Shown piece by piece: positions 55,271 through 57,610 of a stretch of DNA of 57,610 nt. Below the pieces are notes generated by a model. That model searched no databases. It was not told where the DNA came from and saw nothing but the letters and a program-made list of their open reading frames with translations. Source of the stretch: Acidimicrobiales bacterium (GTDB taxonomy: Bacteria; Actinomycetota; Acidimicrobiia; Acidimicrobiales; SKKL01); contig SKKL01000048.1 in assembly GCA_007121465.1 (NCBI GenBank), positions 1 through 57,610 of the forward strand, given 5' to 3'. Numbering within the stretch: the first letter of the stretch is position 1; the number at the start of each line of letters is the position of its first letter. The position numbers were made by a program, and so were the translations under genes.

Positions 55271-57441
55271 CCGGGGACACCTCGGTGTGAGTCGTCGTCT
55301 CCGGGTCGGGCGAAGTCGTAGGAGGCGATCTGGTCGAGCGCCGGCGAGCCGGCCACCGCGTGCGCGGCGAGCATTCCCGACATCACCGCCCCTTCGAACG
55401 ATCCGATGTTCATTCCGGTGAAGATCCAGTCACTGGCGAGCGCCAGGTTGGCGGCTCCACTCTCCCATGCCTTGGGCCGCAGGGCCGCCGTTCCCGGGGG
55501 AGACGGGACGTACCGCTCGTTCGGGTCGATGTTGGCCCGCCAGTACTGGGCGTCGAAGCGGGCCTCACCAACGGTCTCCTGGTCGGGTGGGCACCAGAGC
55601 GCGGAGGGGTCGAAGGACGCAGGGGTGAACGGGTTGGTGCCCGAGGCGGGCAGGACCGAGGTGGCGGAGCGCAGCCACTGGAGGATGGTCGCCTTGGCCC
55701 GCTCGTCGGCGACCTCGGGGGTGTCGTGGTCGGTGAAGGGAGGCCACGGCTCGGGATGGGGCATCGGCCCGCAGAGGTAGACGAGTCCCTTCGGGCCGTC
55801 GTCGCCGTAGGGACCCCAGTTCTCGGCGGCGAGCACGTCGGTGAGGTCGGCATAACCGAGCGGCGGCACCGCGGCCCCGCCACACACCCGGTCGGTTCCC
55901 TCGAGGGGGACGAAACCGAGCTCGGTGGTGGTGCGGTTGGTCCAGATCTGCCCGGCGAGGGTGGCGAGTCCGCCGAGTCCGTCGACCGCCGCCGACCAGG
56001 GGGCGTGCTCGACCAGGTCGGCCGCGATGTAGGGGAGGCACGGGAGAGGAGCGGCGAGGATCGCCTGGTCGAAGTCGGTGCCGACGGTGAGGGTCTCGGT
56101 CGCGACCGGTTCCCACGGTGACCACCACGACTCGAGGTCGATGTCGCGCTCGCGCAGCTCGGCGCCCTGGGCGAGCTGGTCGTAGATCGGCCGGTCGGGC
56201 CACGCCCAGGTGCGGTCGGGAAGTCGGACGAGCGGCTGGTAGGGGCTGCCGTCGATGGTGGTCGCCTGGACGTCGGCCTCGATGCGGTCGATGGTCCCGG
56301 TCGCGGGGTCGTAGTGGACGTCGGTGACCTTGCGGAAGTACTGGAACTCGACGCCTCGCTGGCGTGCGACCCGGTAGTACGGGGCGATGACGGTGTCACC
56401 GGTCCCCCGTGTGAACCAGTACGACGCCTGGCCGCACGCGAACACCTGGCGGAGCACGAACCAGAGGAAGCCCGAGGCCGAGAAGTTCGGGGGCTGGCTC
56501 GTGTCGCCTCCCGGGAACTGGAAGCACATCTGAGCGGGAAGCTGGACCGGAGCGCTGGTGCTGGCTGCCTCGGACATGCCGTGGCGAAGACACCAGTCGG
56601 TGAAAAGCTCGTCGTCGACGGTGTCGATGCCCTTGGTGAAGATCTCGTCGGCGAGCACGCCCTTGACGACCGTGGTGTAGAGCTCGACCTGACACCAGAC
56701 CGACCGGAGGCGAGCCGCGGTCTCGTCGGTGACCGACTCGACCGCCGAGACGCGGTCACGGACCCAGCCGAGAGCGGTGTCGAGCTCGGCGAGGGCGTCA
56801 TGGTGGTGCTGGGCATCGGCGGCCCCGCTGGCGTCGTCGTGGCGGGTGTGATGGCCCACGAGGTGGCCGAGCGCAGCGAGCCGGTCACCGATGCCGTGGC
56901 CGTGGGCGTCGGGGTCGATGCCGGCGATCTCGTCGAGGAGCGTCTTGACGAGGGCGCCCACCTCCTTCACCAGGGTGACCGGATCGGGGTAGTAGGTGTC
57001 TCCCCAGGGCGAGAGATCGTTGTGGGGCAGCCACTCGGGGGTCAGCCACCACCGCCAGTCGACGAAATCGGCGAGCTGGATGTAGTTGCTCGGCACCAGG
57101 TCGCTGTCCATGGTCGCCACCGGCTCGTCGGGCGACAGCTCGATCTCCTGCAGGCAGGTGTCGAGAGCCCGCAGAGCGTTGGTGTACATGTTCCCGAACA
57201 GGTGGATGCCGTGCTCCTCGATGCGGGCGTCGCCGTCGAGGACCCACTCGCCGCCCTGGTTCGTCACCTCGCCGCGCCGTCCGGTGGCCCCCTTTCCCCC
57301 GGCTCGCCAGCCCAGCTGCATCACCGTCACGTCGTACTGGTCGCGCCAGTCGGGGTTGAAGACCGGATCGGTGAGGGCGAGCGCGGCGGACAGACCCGCC
57401 GGCCCCCCGCCGACGATCACGATCTTTCGCTTCGCGGTCAT
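55267..57441 (-). CDS. Large NAD(P)/FAD-dependent oxidoreductase, phytoene-desaturase/amine-oxidase-like
   Basis: 724-aa ORF with N-terminal dinucleotide-binding motif KIVIVGGGPAGLSAALAL and EEHGIHLFGNMYTN, which resembles the EHG(L/I)H.FFG.Y.N motif of PDS/CrtU-type flavoproteins. GAGAGGG lies 6 nt before the ATG. Confidence 0.8.
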   Translation of the reverse strand: MTAKRKIVIVGGGPAGLSAALALTDPVFNPDWRDQYDVTVMQLGWRAGGKGATGRRGEVTNQGGEWVLDGDARIEEHGIHLFGNMYTNALRALDTCLQEIELSPDEPVATMDSDLVPSNYIQLADFVDWRWWLTPEWLPHNDLSPWGDTYYPDPVTLVKEVGALVKTLLDEIAGIDPDAHGHGIGDRLAALGHLVGHHTRHDDASGAADAQHHHDALAELDTALGWVRDRVSAVESVTDETAARLRSVWCQVELYTTVVKGVLADEIFTKGIDTVDDELFTDWCLRHGMSEAASTSAPVQLPAQMCFQFPGGDTSQPPNFSASGFLWFVLRQVFACGQASYWFTRGTGDTVIAPYYRVARQRGVEFQYFRKVTDVHYDPATGTIDRIEADVQATTIDGSPYQPLVRLPDRTWAWPDRPIYDQLAQGAELRERDIDLESWWSPWEPVATETLTVGTDFDQAILAAPLPCLPYIAADLVEHAPWSAAVDGLGGLATLAGQIWTNRTTTELGFVPLEGTDRVCGGAAVPPLGYADLTDVLAAENWGPYGDDGPKGLVYLCGPMPHPEPWPPFTDHDTPEVADERAKATILQWLRSATSVLPASGTNPFTPASFDPSALWCPPDQETVGEARFDAQYWRANIDPNERYVPSPPGTAALRPKAWESGAANLALASDWIFTGMNIGSFEGAVMSGMLAAHAVAGSPALDQIASYDFARPGDDDSHRGVPG

Positions 57442-57471
57442 CTGACACCCTCTCGTGGCTTTCCTCCTCCC

Positions 57472-57610
57472 TCATCGGCGAGAGGAAAGGAGTTTGAAGT
57501 GACCAGGTTCTCGAGGCTCGACGAACGACTCGGTCGAGAACCAGTTTCGATAGGTGTCGAGCCCCATCTCGGCGATGAGCGGGTGGGTTTGGCTGGCGTG
57601 GCAGCGGAGA
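57472..57610 (-). CDS. 3' end of an unidentified upstream CDS (enters from the right edge)
   Basis: Hand translation of the minus strand gives ...LRCHASQTHPLIAEMGLDTYRNWFSTESFVEPREPGHFKLLSSRR* with a stop at 57472-57474, 30 nt before the oxidoreductase ATG. GC3 is high over most of the stretch. Only 45 codons are visible and no family is recognised. Confidence 0.35.
   Translation of the reverse strand, partial: LRCHASQTHPLIAEMGLDTYRNWFSTESFVEPREPGHFKLLSSRR

Overview
This is a high-GC (roughly 70%) Actinomycetota chromosome segment centred on the replication origin. The gene content and the acidic lipoprotein linkers would fit an Acidimicrobiia-like organism, but that is a guess. The left 13 kb is the classic origin block. 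On the minus strand it carries jag, yidC, yidD, rnpA and rpmH. On the plus strand it carries dnaA, dnaN, recF, DUF721/dciA, gyrB, gyrA, a TadE-like ORF, a DUF3566 protein and tRNA-Ile(GAU). DnaA-box clusters lie both directly upstream of dnaA and in the dnaA-dnaN spacer. The rest is ordinary chromosomal cargo:
- a FliA/WhiG-type sigma factor;
- two P-type ATPases, one CtpE-like and one copper CopA with a divergent csoR and a visible operator;
- an orphan metal-type ABC ATPase;
- IdeR/DtxR and IlvA;
- a Na/Pi cotransporter with a PhoU-like partner;
- a translationally coupled SNF2 helicase and SWIM zinc-finger pair;
- a TetR-controlled acyl-CoA dehydrogenase plus Liv-type ABC importer, with an acyl-CoA ligase gene wedged between the ATPase and permease genes.

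The most unusual locus is a same-strand cluster at 48.5-57.6 kb. It encodes a partial upstream ORF, a 724-aa PDS/amine-oxidase-like flavoprotein, a 1627-aa pseudokinase-(P-loop/STAND)-helical repeat-GAF-GGDEF protein, and a polytopic membrane histidine-kinase-like protein. Three of the enzymatic modules look catalytically degenerate. I found no CRISPR array, rRNA, transposase, integrase or prophage signature. All family calls come from motif recognition in the supplied or hand translations, since no database search was possible. Many long ORFs in the track are antisense or out-of-frame artefacts of the high GC content, and several listed ORFs carry spurious N-terminal extensions, which I trimmed.
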